From contig JAXLNO010000260.1 of NCBI GenBank assembly GCA_038087875.1, forward strand, positions 1-64,000: a DNA stretch of 64,000 nt, in the 5' to 3' direction. The notes beneath the pieces are model-generated. The model was not told where the DNA came from. It ran no database searches and worked only from the letters and a program-made list of their open reading frames with translations. The position numbers were made by a program, and so were the translations under genes. The stretch is from Malacoraja senta. Taxonomy: Eukaryota. Shown piece by piece: positions 1 to 12,388 of this stretch; positions within the stretch are counted from its first letter, which is position 1, and every line of letters begins with the position of its first letter.

Positions 1-804
1 TCCTTAAAATAAAATTCAGTTTCATCAAAGCAAATGAAAATGTTAGCCATTCTTACTTTGTTAATCGTATTTTCTTATGAAATATTTACATTTGAAGTGA
101 ATACTGGCAGTAATGTACAGTGGTAACATTTGAATATCAGCAGAATTTGGAATTATTACGGATAGCAGAGGTGTTTTTTTCAGAATCTTTCTCATGATAA
201 CAATGCCAGGGAATAGAACAGCTCTCAGACATTGAGACATTGAGACTCTTTCTCTTTATGTTTGGAGCTTTGGAGTTCGCACGAAGCAGTGCTCACCCTG
301 TGGTGTGCCTCAGTCTGGTAACGTCACCCACCACTGTCTCATCTTCACTATTCATTTATTGCACCATCTATTCCTCCAGCAACTATGAATACGATTATCC
401 AATTAGTAGGTTATTTTGTGCCTGTGGACTTGCTGCAACTGAGAAGTGAATTGAGGCTATTCAAATCCATCCATTTGGGAGCCTTTGCCAACCATCTTAA
501 ATCGTGTTTATAGCCGAAATGGGAGAAATAATTGGTTAAAAAGAAATTCCCCCATTTACTTTTACAATCATGGCAAACCAAATTAGTTTAGTATTAAATT
601 AAATGTATCTTTGTGATACAAAAGCAAAATATTGTGATTGTTGGAAAAGCTAAATAGAAACAGAATAACTGGAATAGTCAAAAGTAGAAGCAAGAAACAT
701 AAAAACAGCATCTTATTACTTATTTTTTTGAACTGCAGTTCATGTAACTTTAATGGTGAGAGAATCAGACATACTGCCTCAGAAAATTAGCAGCTTTTGT
801 CATA

Positions 805-1005
805 AAGTCATTGAGTCATACAGCATGGAAACTGGTCCTTCGGCCCAACATGCCTCATCTACATTAGTCCCATCCGCCTGTGTTTGGCCCATATCCCTCT
901 AATATCCAATTCATGTATCTATCCAAATGTTTTTAAACGTTGTGATAATATCGGCCTCAACTACCTCCTCTGGCTGCTCATTTCATATACCTACTACCCT
1001 TTGTG
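805..1005 (-). mobile_element. CR1 LINE 3' end fragment
   Basis: Reverse complement matches the CR1 3' ends elsewhere in the window (cagccagaggaggtagttgagg...gggccgaagg...tttccatgctgtatgactcaatgac). Confidence 0.7.
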
Positions 1006-1167
1006 TATTTCATATACCTACTACCTTTTGTGAGGAGAAAGCTAGAAAAGGGGGTGGCACAAAGCCTGGCAAGTGATAGGTAGATGCAGCTGAGGCAGGG
1101 CATAATTGGCAAATAATTGGTGTAAGTGATAAAGGTTAAAAGTGAAAAGGATACAGATGGGTGACAC

Positions 1168-1326
1168 ATGAGAGGAGAGGAGAGGAGAGGAGAGGAGGGG
1201 AGGGGAGGGAGGGGAGGGGAGGGGAGAGGTGGGGAGCGGAGGGGGAGGGGAGGGGGAGAGGAGAGGAGAGGAGAGGAGAGAGAGGAGAGGAGAGGAGAGG
1301 AGAGGAGAGGAGAGGAGAGGAGAGGA
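1168..1326 (+). repeat. (GGAGA)n purine-rich simple repeat
   Basis: Direct reading; it accounts for the low-complexity ORFs 978..1493 and 1168..1386. Confidence 0.95.
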
Positions 1327-1574
1327 GTGAAAAGTAAAGTAAAGCAGGAAGGAGGGAAGTGGGTGGAAAGGGACAGGGGAGGGTAAAATGGAGGATAAAT
1401 AGAAAATAGGGGATTCAGGATGGGAAAGAAGTTCATCAAGGAGGCAAAAGGAGCAGTTATCAAGCAGGGTGGAGGAGGGGCATGTGGGGGCATGAGAAAA
1501 AAGAGGAGATAATGAGTTATTACTTGTAAATGGACAATAAAATGTTCATATTGTTCGGTTATATGCTACCAGTA

Positions 1575-1750
1575 CTAAAAAGGAACTACAGATGCTGATT
1601 TATACCAAAGATAGACATAAATTACTGGAATAACTGCGTTAGGCAGCATCTCTGGAGAAAATGGATAGGTGGCTTTTCACATCAGGACCTTACTTTAGAC
1701 AGATCAGGCCGAAAAAAAGGTCCTGACCGGCAATGCCACGTATCCAAGAT
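1575..1750. mobile_element. Degenerate Penelope-derived short repeat, inverted pair
   Basis: aactacagatgctg...ggcagcatctctggagaaaatggataggtgg matches the reverse of the Penelope tail at 8560-8660. Confidence 0.6.
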
Positions 1751-3344
1751 ACCCTGTACTTGGTTCAGGAGCTGGTAACACACTTTGAGCATTGCTTGAT
1801 AATTAAAATTTGCAGAAGGTGTGCCAGAGTTTCACACCCAAATTTTCATTTGTCTTCCATTTGTTTCCCCAGCATAAATGAAGTAGCAGACTTTGAAAAA
1901 TCAGCCGCATGATTTATTTTTAGTGTTTCATTGACACCATTAAAAAATGATGGACATTTCTTGAAGGAATAAAAAGGCCTTTGCCCAACCCAGTCATACT
2001 TCTACCATGGCTTGAGTTCAGATCTACAGTACGTGTCCTATTTGAATTGAAGTTTCACTGTCTGTTATTCCGAAGTATATGATGGGAGAATAATTTATTT
2101 AACAACACAAAAAGATCCCTTAAAACTACTTCACAGCAGCTGTTAGAAATGTGGAAGCAAGTGGGTTTGTGTGACTATGTCTGAAGTGATTCTGTAGTTA
2201 CCTTTGACACACTTTTGTTTGAGCATAATTAGAAAAGTCACCTAATTGGAAATGACGCCTCTTAAAATGAGCTTGATAAAATTGAAAAGTGTCCATGTGT
2301 AAGGTACGTGTTGCATGTACATATGAAGTATGTGGGTAATAATTTGGGTGTGTAATGTGTATGATCTAGGCAGATATGCAAGTGGTCCATGTATGTGTGT
2401 TTATTTATGTGTGTGTATGTAGATAGGATAATGTATGTGTGACCATGCATGTTATGTGCATGTTGAGAGAGTATATGTTACTTGAGAGATGGAATATATG
2501 TGCACGAGAGATGGAAATCCTTTTATATCTGAACTGTGCCCTTATTCAAATCAAAAATCCAGGTCAAAAAGGCATTATATTGCCAACTATTTCTTTTATA
2601 TTTTACATAATTCCATCCGCATATTAATATATTTCTAATAATATATTTCATCGCAAGACAGCCAATTTTATTTTAAAATGATGTGTAATTATGTTGGATG
2701 TCGAGTGATGGTTCTGAGGGATTATGGACTCTTTCTCATCAAATTTACTGTAACTCACCATTGAATGCAGCTCTCCAACATATGTCTCAGCCATCCATTA
2801 TTAAGTACGTAATACATTTTCTGTAATATATCTCCCTGACAAGCAGAAGTCAGAATCTAATATTTGCTCTGGAAAAAAAAAGTGTTCTTTCGAGGATTCC
2901 TGTTTCTTATCACTTGTTAACCCACACGGATATCAAAGATTCTGCCCATAAAATGTCGCCTTCTTTCCTTGATCATTGAGGTTTTAGTGCATTAGTCTTT
3001 GCCAACGGGCCCAGCAATCTTTTCACTGGGAATCGTAAATAGCAGGTCGGATTTGAAAAAAAAAGGACACACACAGACCACATCTCATTGAGAACAGCGA
3101 GAGCACTTTCCTAGACAAACTGGTGACATTGAGTATGTAATCAATCTCTCCATGATGTGATACAAGACAATAGAAATGATAAAGTGAATGCAGGCAAATT
3201 GTTGTTTATTTAGCTGGAAGTTGTACATGTTGACATCTTAAGAGCCTAAAAAGAAAGGAGAGTTAATTTTCAGAGTTCTATACAGTGCCAGTTATTTCCA
3301 ATAATCTTGAATATATTCAATTGGCCCCCTATTAACGTGAAGGG

Positions 3345-5215
3345 TCCCTGAAAGTGGTAACACAGATAGACAAGGTGGCGAAGAAGGCATTTGGCATGCT
3401 TGCCTTCATCAGTCAGCGGACTGAATAAAGTAGTGAATAGATCACGTTAAAACTGGTAAGTCGTTGGTGAGACTACTCTTGGAGGATTACGTGCAACTTT
3501 GGTTTCTCAGCTGTAAGAAAGATATCATTAAGCTGGAAAAGATGCAGAAAGGAATTCACAAGTATGTTACTGGGGCTTGAGGGCTTGAATTATAAAGAGG
3601 CTGGATAGGCTGTGAATTTTCCCGTGGAATGTAAAAGGCTGAAGAGCGACCTTACAGAAGTAAACAGAAGTATATATTTGCAGGTGCAGTTGCAGGTAGA
3701 TAGGGTGGTTAAAAAGGCACTTGGCACATTGGCTTTCATCAGTCAGGAGGACGGAGGAACTTGGGACTGTCAATGGAAGTGTCTTGTGAGCAGTCAGTGT
3801 TATGGTCGTAGAGGTGCTGATGGTAATATCGTGTATGAAGGAAGACAGATCTCCAGGGCCGGATCAGATATATCCAAAGACATTGTGGGAAACCAGAGAG
3901 GAGCTCTGGTTGAAATTTATGAGTCGTCTTTAAATACAGGAAAGTTGCCGGAAGACTGGAGGATGGCAAATGTGCCTCTATTCAAGAAGGGCTACAGGGA
4001 AAATGCTGGGAACTATAGGCCAGTGAGCTTAACATCTGTAGTTGGAAAGTTACTAGAGAGTGTTCTGAGGGATAGGATATACATGCATTTAGATGGACAA
4101 GGGCTGATTAGGGATAATCAGCATGGTTTTGTACATGGGAATAGTGTTTCACAAATCTGATTGAGTTTTTTGAAGATGAGTCCAAAAGGATCGATGAGGG
4201 CAGAGCTGTAGATGTTTTATATATGGACTTCAGCAAAGCATTCAACAAGGTTCCTTGTGATAGGCTGCTCTAGAAGGTTAGATCACGTGGGATCCAAGCT
4301 GAATGAATAGCAAATTGGCTCCATGGAAGGAAGCAGAGGGTGATGGAGGAAGGTTGCTTCTCAGGCTGGAGACCCCTAACTAGTGGTGTGCCTCAAGGTT
4401 TGGTGCTGGGCCTGTTACTGTTTGTCATCTATTTCAATGATATGGATGAGAACATACATGGCAAGATTAGTAAGTTTGCAGATTATACAAAAGTGGGTGC
4501 ATTTGCAGATAGTGAAGATGGTTGTGAAAAATTGCAGCAGGATCTTGATCAATTGGGCAGGGGGGCTGAGGAATGGTTGATGGAATTTAATACTGAAAAA
4601 TGTAAGGTGTTACATTTTTGGAAGTCTAACATGGGCTACACAGTGAATGGTAGGGCTCTGGGGAGTGTTGTCAAACAGAGGGATCTATGAGTGCAGGAGC
4701 ATGGTTCCTTGATGTGGAGTTGCAGATATGGTGGTCAAAAAGGCATTTGGCACATTGGCCTTCATCAGTCAGAGTATTGAGTATAGAAGTTGGGCGGTCA
4801 TGCTGCAGTTGTATAAGACATCAGTGAGGCCACATTTAGAGTATAATGTTTAGTTCTGGGCACCATGTTATAGGAAAGATGTTGTCAAGCAGGAAAGGGT
4901 ACAGAGAAGATTTATGAGGATCTTGCCAGGACTACAGTGTCTGAGCTATAAGGAGAGGTTGAGTAGACTGGAACTCTATTTCTTGGAATGCTGGAGGATG
5001 AAGGGGTGATCATATAGAGGTTTATAAAATCATGAGAGGAATAGATCGGGTACATGCACAGAGTCTCTTGCCCAGTGTAGGTGAATCAGGAACATGAGGG
5101 TATAGGTTTAAAGTCAAGGGAAAGCAAATTAATAGGATTCTGAGGGGTATCTTTTTCACGCAAAGGGTGATGGGTGTATGGAACAAGCTGCCAGAGGAGA
5201 TAGTTGAATTTATTA
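3345..5215 (+). mobile_element. Degenerate CR1 LINE ORF2 (RT to 3' end), several joined fragments
   Basis: Translated motifs PEDWRMANV, NYRPVSLTSVVGKLLE, SGVPQG, KFADYTK, MEFNTEKCKV; many stops and frameshifts. Confidence 0.93.
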
Positions 5216-5334
5216 TTATCATTTGTAGTGAGATACAGTGAAAAGCGTTTTTATTTGTGTGCTATCTAGTCAAAGAAACATGTATGCAATCAAGCCATCC
5301 ACATTTTACAGATAAAGGATAAAGAGTGCATTGG

Positions 5335-5643
5335 GGAAGCATGGACGTGCAGCGGTAGAGCTGCTGCCTTACAGTGTCAGCAATCCGGTTTCGAACCTGA
5401 CTACAGCTGCTGTCTACACGGAGTTTGTCCGTTCTCCCCATGACCACGTGGGTTTTCCCCGGGTGCTCCGGTTTCCTCCCACACTCCAAAGATGTACAGG
5501 TTTGTAGGTTAATTGACTTTGGTAAAAATTGTAAGTTGTCCAGAATGTGTAGGATAGTGCCAATGTACGGGGATCGTTGGTCAGCGCGGACTTGGTAGGC
5601 CAAAGCGCTTGTTTCCATGTTTGATCTCTAAAACTTAAACTAA
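5335..5643 (+). mobile_element. tRNA-derived V-SINE (HE1-like)
   Basis: tRNA-like head with A/B-box-like motifs (gcagcggtagag, ggtttcgaacc), V-domain gggtgctccggtttcctcccac, CR1-like tail ending in (ctaaa)-type repeats. Confidence 0.85.
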
Positions 5644-6224
5644 GTGCAACATTATCTACACTACCAATGCACCTTAAGGCAGAGAGATACTTTCACCTCA
5701 GAATCCTGCCATTGATAAGACTTCTAAAAGGTAAACAATGTGTTACCGTTTACTTCAGAAGATATAGCAGACATAGTTGGGGCTGAGGGGATGGGGTGTT
5801 AGGTTAGGGTGAAGCTGTGAGGTTGCCTCAGCAACTCACTGGTGGTGACTAAATCTTGTCTTGGGACAGAGGACATTTTTTTTCTGAGCTTTCTGTCGTT
5901 GGACGAAATACTTCAGTTCACTGTGTCTTTGTCTATCCAAGTTCATAGAAAGATTTAGCAGCTGGAGAAAAGCCACCGGTTGCAATTTAAAAATTCCAAA
6001 TCTGGAACTGTTGAAATCTTCACTAATGTAAATGGAGTGAATTCTCTGACACTGAGAATCTCAGGAGTCGCATGTTCTTTCAAAGGTGACAAGCTGGTGG
6101 ATTGGTATTTGCGACTAGCTTTGTAACACAGCTTGCTTGCCAGAATGCTGCACTGTTAGATGAATTCAAAGTTCCTTGTTTCCTTTCAGTACATTATTCA
6201 TAGAGTTGAGATAAAAGGGGAGGT

Positions 6225-6480
6225 AAAGGCTTCTCAGTTGGAAGCATCCTCACCTCTGAGTCAGAAAAGTTGTGTGCTGATTTCCTGTTGTGGGTTTAAT
6301 CGCGCAAGTTAGTCTGATACCTCAGAACAGTGCTGGGGGAGGACAGCGATGACAAATGTGTTTCCTTTTAGATGAGACATCGAACTAAGAACCCGCTTGC
6401 CTGTTCAGCTGTTGTAAAAACTCTCATGGCATTATTCAAAGAAAAGTTTTCTTGATGTGCTTCTAAATATTCCCTTCTTC
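6225..6480 (+). mobile_element. Ancient Deu-domain SINE (SacSINE1/AmnSINE-like)
   Basis: cctctgagtcagaa head and ttttagatgagacatcgaact...gtaaaaactctcatggcattatt resemble the DeuSINE core as I recall it. Confidence 0.6.
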
Positions 6481-6494
6481 TACTGCTCGAATAG

Positions 6495-7290
6495 CGTCAC
6501 GGAGGCGCAGCGGTAGCGTTGCTGCCGTAGAGTGCCAGAGACGTGGATTTGATCCTGACTATGTACGGAGTTTGTACATTGTGCAACGAGACTTGAGTGT
6601 GCTTGTACATCAATCACTGAAAGTAAGCATGCAAGTACAGCAGACAGTGAGGAAAGCTAATGGCTGTTGGCCTTCATTGTGAGAGGATTTGAGTTTAGGA
6701 GCAAGGAGCCCTACTGCAGTTGTACAGGGGCCTGGTGACACCGCACCTGGAGTATTGTTCCTGATGTTGGGGCAGCCCAGAACCAAGGCTCACAGTTTAA
6801 GAATAAGGGGTAACCCATTTAGGATTGAGATGAGGAAAAACTTTTTCACCCAGAGAGTTGTGAATCTGTAGAAATCTCTGCCACAGAAGGCAGTGGAGGC
6901 CAATTCACTGAATGCATTCAAGAGAGACTTAGATATCATTCTTAGGGCTAAGGGAATCAAGGGATATGGGGAAAATTCCAGAACTGGGTACTGATTTTGG
7001 ATGATCAGTCATGATCATATTAAATGGCAGTGCTGGCTCGAAGGGCCAAATGGCCTACCCCTGCACCTATTTTATATGTTTCTATGTTCTCCCTTGACCA
7101 TGTGGGTTTTCTACGGGTTCTCTGGTTTCCTGCCACGTTCCAAAGATATACAGGTTTGTAGGCTAATTGGCTTTGGTAAGAATTGTAAATTGTCCCTAGT
7201 GTGTAGGATAGTGAGGGGATTACTGATCAGAGTGGACTCAGTGGGCTGACAGGCCCATTTCTGCACTGTATCACCAAACTAAACTAAACA
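6495..7290 (+). mobile_element. V-SINE split by a CR1 3' fragment (about 6578-7086)
   Basis: SINE head ends at ggagtttgtac and resumes at gttctcccttgacc after a CR1 piece (MRKNFFTQRVVNL, tatgtttctat tail). Confidence 0.85.
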
Positions 7291-7828
7291 AATGAGTTTC
7301 ACCGTTATTGCTCTTGATGCGAGCAGTGGGAACTTGCTATACCCGCAATATTTGCTTGAACAACAAGAATGAATGCAAGGCAAGTGGTTATTTATTGGGT
7401 CTAAGATGGTATTGGAGATTTTGTGAGTGCAACTGAGTGGATAGGACAGGTTTGTAGGAATATGGACCAAGCACAGGCAGGTGGAACCTGTGTAGCTGGG
7501 ACATGTTGACTGGCGTGGGCGAGTTGGGCTGAAGAGCATGTTTCCACGTTGTTTCAGTCTATGACTAGGACTCTCACCGTGTCTGATGGACTAAGAATTT
7601 TACAGTATCTGCCTGTTTTGTGGCAATAACACTTTCTAACATGTACAAGTTGGAAAGTCTACTCCAAAATAAAGAAAAGCAATACATGAGAAAATTAAGA
7701 TAGATATACAGAAATAGCAGATCAAAGAGGAAAACTATAGTCTGTATGATATGGTCAGATTGGAGGCTTTAACTTTAAAATTAAATAAACAGAGGTGTAT
7801 TAGCACAGAGTAGATCCATATTTCGTTA

Positions 7829-7989
7829 GGAGCAGGGCTCTTAAAGATAGCAGAGTTAGGGGAGAAGGGGAGAAGGGAGGAACAGGGTACTGATTAGGGA
7901 TGATCAGCCATGATCACATTGAATAGTGGTGCTGGCTTGAAGGGCCGAATGGCCTACTCCTGCACCTATTGTCTATTGTCTATTGTCTA
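7829..7989 (+). mobile_element. CR1 3' UTR fragment with (ctattgt)n tail
   Basis: gatgatcagccatgatcacattgaat...ggccgaatggcctactcctgcacc followed by ctattgt repeats. Confidence 0.85.
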
Positions 7990-8150
7990 AAACATCAGCA
8001 GCTGAAAGATAGCATTTCGTTAATATTTCAGAGGAAAACCGTAGTCTGTATGATATGACCAAATTGGAGGCTTTAACTTTAAAATTAAATAAATAGAGGT
8101 GTATTTGCACAGAGTATATCCATATTTCGTATAGAAGATAAAACTGACCA

Positions 8151-8666
8151 TAGACCAGGTGTCAACTCCTCTAAATCGGCGAGACCAAGCGCAGGCTCGG
8201 CGATCGTTTCGCTGAACACCTCCTCTCAGTCCGCCTTAACCTACCTGATCTCCCGGTTGCTCAGCACTTTAACTCCCCCTCCCATTCCCAATCTGACCTT
8301 TTGGTCCTGGGCCTCCTCCATTGTCAGAGTGAGGCCCAGCGTAAATTGGAGGGACAGCAGGCTCCTATTTCTCTTGGGTAACTTACACTCCAGCGGTGTG
8401 AACATTGACTTATCTAACTTCAAATAGCCCTTGCTTTCCCTCTCTCTCCATCCCCTCCCCCTTCCCATTTCTCCAACCAGTCTTCCTGTCTCTGACTACA
8501 TTCTATCTCTGTCCCGCCCACTCCCCTGACATCAGTCTGAAGATGGGTCTCGACCCGAAACATCATCCATTCCTTCTCTCCAGAGATGCTGCTTGTCCCG
8601 CTGAGTTGCTCCAGCATTTTGTGTCTACCTTCGATTTAAACCAGCATCAGCAGTTCTTTCCTACAT
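8151..8666 (+). mobile_element. 5'-truncated Penelope-like element (GIY-YIG C-terminus plus tail) with 13-bp TSD
   Basis: Translates IGETKRRLGDRFAEHL...PVAQHFNSPSHS...VNIDLSNFK*; flanked by ataaaactgacca at 8138-8150 and 8667-8679. Confidence 0.9.
8537..8564 (+). ncRNA. Minimal hammerhead ribozyme core in the Penelope tail
   Basis: CTGAAGA-t-GGGTC-tc-GACCC-GAAAC-ATC has the CUGANGA / stem II / GAAA / NUH order. Confidence 0.65.
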
Positions 8667-9829
8667 ATAAAACTGACCACAACATGGAAGAAAGTTAAAA
8701 AAAAACTCCCTCAATATAGAGCACAGATATACAGTGGCAACTTTCACAAAGAGCTACCTTATGGTTTTGAGAACTTACAAATTGATTTTAAAGTGTGTTC
8801 AGGTGCTGCAAAAGGTCATGTTCTGGGTTGTAGCTTTCCAAGGACATACTATCAGTGTAGAATCTCCTCATTGAGATTGAATCTCCTCATAGAATCTCCT
8901 AATTGAAAGCCTGTATTGGAAAATTGCTGGCAGAAGATGAGATTTATTTCTGCAAATGCGTACACTGAAAATTACCCCTTATATATGAGCTGTTTCAGTG
9001 AGGCACGTAGAACAATATTGGAAAGGCAAAAGGTGAATTAAACAGCTGCACGTTGTTTATAAAACTTCAATTAGAGACATTACGGAAAAGTAATTCGACA
9101 AAGAAGAGTGCTTTTTTAATGAGCACGCTAGAATAAAGCTGTGCATCATATCATCACAAAATGCATTAAAAATCAGCACTGATGTAGCTTCACTAGCAAG
9201 GCAGAAGCAGTGTCAACACATTGTAACAAAACAGCCTGCTTTCTTCAATCTTTCATATTTCATTGATAATACTCTGAACCTACTATGTCTGAAGCTACAG
9301 TAACATGCTACATCTCCTGTAAAATGTTATCCTATTGATACATTGGTAAACCATCTTTGTCGGCTTGACATCACATTTTATTTCTGAATATTTAATGTTC
9401 CTTGACATTGCTCCAAAATTAATTTCATGCAAATTGAAACCATTATCATGGTCACTAATTAAGTAAAAGATCAAGTTAAATAGTAGCAACTTTACGTTGA
9501 TTTTTTGCCGAGTTTGAAACATTAGGTAGTAAACATTTACCCAATTACTTGAGAATTAATATCCTGCTGTGACATGATGTGCCACACAATTAAAGAAACA
9601 CCATCATTCTTTTTTTTCCCCTGAACTTAATAGGCTATAGGCTTAATTACAAAATTATTAAAATGCAATTAACCTAAACTAGCATCGTCCTTTCAAATGA
9701 TGGGTGTGAGGAACCAATTCAGGGTATATTTCCAGGTCCACATAGATCTAAAATGAATATTTGAATTAGATTCAGTTTTATGAATATTAGAGCTAGAATG
9801 AATGGAGGGACCCATAGAGGGCCCTTTAT

Positions 9830-12388
9830 AGACAATAGACAATAGACAATAGGTGAAGGAGTAGGCCATTTGGCTCTTCGAGCCAGCACAACCATTCAAT
9901 GTGATCATGGCTGATCATCCCCAATCAGTACCCCGTTCCTGCCTTCTCCCCATATCCCCTGAGTCTGCTATTTTCAAGAGCCCTATCTAGCTCACTCTTG
10001 AAAGCATCCAGAGAACCAGCCTCTGAGGCAGAGAATTCCACAGACTCACCACTCTCTGTGAGAAAAGGTGTTTCCTCATCTCCGTTCTAAATGACTTACT
10101 CCTTATTATTAAACTGTGGCCCCTGGTTCTGGACTCCCCCAACATCGGGAACATGTTTCCTGCCTCTAGCGTGTCCAAGCCCTTAACAATCTTATGTTTC
10201 AATGAGATATCCTCTCATTCTTCTAAACTCCAGAGTGTACAAGCCCAGCTGCTCCATTCTCTCAGCATATGACAGTCCCGCCATCACGGGAATTAACATT
10301 GTAAACTTACGCTGCACTCCCTCAATAGCAAGAATGTCCTTCCTCAAATTAGGGGACCAAAACTGCACACAATACTCCAGGTGTGGTCTCACTCGGGCTC
10401 TGTACAACTGCAGAAGGACCTCTTTGCTCCTATATTCGATTCCTCTTGATATAAAGTTCAACATGCCATTCACTTTCTACACTGCCTGCTGTACCTGCAT
10501 GCTTACTTTCATAGACTGATGTACAAGGACCCCGAGATCCCGTTGTACTTCCCGTTTTCCCAACTTGATGCCATTTAGATAGTAATCTGCCTTCCTGTTT
10601 TTGCTACCAAATTGGATAACCTTACATTTATCCGCAGTAAACTTCATGTGCCATGCATCTGCCCACTCCCCCAACCTGTCCAAGTCACCCTGCATTCTCA
10701 TAGCATCCTCCTCACAGTTCACACTGCCACCCAGCTTTTTGTCATCTGCAAATTTGCTAATGTTGCTTTGAATCCCTTCATCCAAATCATTGATGTATAT
10801 TGTAAATAGCTGCGGTCCCAGCACCGAGCCTTGCGGTACCCCACTAGTCACTGCCTGCCATTCTGAAAGGGACCCGTTAATCCTGACTCTTTGTTTCCTG
10901 TCTGCCAACCACTTCTCTATCTATGTCAGCACTCTACCCCCAATACCATGTGCCCTAATTTTGCCCACTAATCTCCTATGTGGGACCTTATCAAATGCTT
11001 TCGGACAGTCCAGGTACACTACATCCACTGGCTCTCCCTTGTCCATTTTCCTAGTTACATCTTCAAAAAATTCCAGAAGATTAATCAAGCATGATTTCAC
11101 CTTCGTAAATCCATGCTGATTCGGACCGATCCTGTTACTGCTATCCAAATGTGTGGCTATCTCATCTTTTATAATTGACTCCAGCATCTTCCCCACCACC
11201 GATGTCAGACTAACTGGTCTATAATTCCCCGTTTTCTCTCTCCCGCCTTTCTTAAAAAGTGGGATAACATTAGCTGCCCTCCAATCCACAGGAACTGATC
11301 CTCAGTCTATAGAACATTGGAAAATTATCACCAATGCATCCATGATTTCTAGAGCCACTTCCTTAAGTACCCTGGGATGCAGACCATCAGGCCCTGAGGA
11401 TTTTTCAGCCTTCAGTCCCATCAGTCTATCCAACACCATTAGGAGATTGAGAGGGGATCTTATAGAAATGTACAAAATTCTTATGGGGTTGGACAGGCTA
11501 GATGCAGGAAGATTGTTCCCGATGTTGGGGAAGTCCAGGACAAGGGGTCACAGCTTAAGGATAAGGGGGAAATCCTTTAAGACCGAGATGAGGAAAAACG
11601 TTTTCACACAGAGAGTGTTGAATCTCTGGAACTCTCTGCCACAGAGGGTAATTGAGGCCAGTTCATTGGCTATATTTAAGAGGGAGTTAGATGTGGCCCT
11701 TGTGGCTAAGGGGATCAGGGGGTATGGAGAGAAGGCAGGTACGGGATACTGAGTTGGATGATCAGCCATGATCATATTGAATGGCGGTGCAGGCTCGAAG
11801 GGCCGAATGGCCTACTCCTGCACCTATTTTCTATGTATCTATGTATCTATGTATTTCCTGCCTAATGTGGATTTCCTTTAGTTCCTCTGTCACTGCAGAT
11901 CCTCTGGCCACTACTATATCAGGAAGATTGTTTGTGTCCTCCTTTGTGAAGACAGATCCAAAGTACCTGTTCAACTCATCTTCCATTTCCATGTTCCGCA
12001 TAATAAATTCACCTTTTTCGGTCTTCAAGTGTCCAACTTTTGTCTTAACTAATTTTTTCCTCTTCACATACCTAAAGAAGCTTTTACTATCCTGCTTTAT
12101 TTTCTTGGCTAGCTTACTATCGTACCTCATCTTTTCTCCCCATATTGTCTATTTTGTTATCTTCTGTTGTTCTTTAAACATTACCCAAACCTCTTGCTTC
12201 CCGCTCATCTTTGCTACGTTGTACTTCTTTGCTTTAATTTTTATACTGTCCCTGATGTCCCTTGTCAGCCATGGTCGTCCCTTTCTCCCCTTGGAATCTT
12301 TCTTCCTCCTAGGAATGAACTGATCCTGCACCTTCTGTATTATTCCTATAAACACCTGCTATTTTTGTTCCACTGTCATCCTTTCTTA
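9830..12388 (-). mobile_element. CR1 LINE ORF2, 5'-truncated, with (ctattgt)n tail
   Basis: Minus-strand ORFs with NYRPVSLTSVVGK, KAFDKVPH, SGVPQGSVLGP, KFADD, RPHLEYCVQFWSP. Confidence 0.95.
11441..11852 (+). mobile_element. CR1 3' fragment nested antisense inside the previous CR1
   Basis: RRLRGDLIEMYK...FTQRVLNLWNSLP plus 3' UTR and (ctatgtat)n tail; the host CR1 resumes on both sides. Confidence 0.9.

Noticed and set aside
240..449. Short ORF, and a minus-strand stretch ending in a gtgag donor-like site
   Set aside because: No recognisable protein similarity; stops in the candidate frames.
978..1493. Pro/Ser-rich and Arg/Gly/Glu-rich ORFs resembling a formin FH1 region
   Set aside because: They are translations of the (GGAGA)n repeat and lie on the opposite strand from the DIAPH-like exon.
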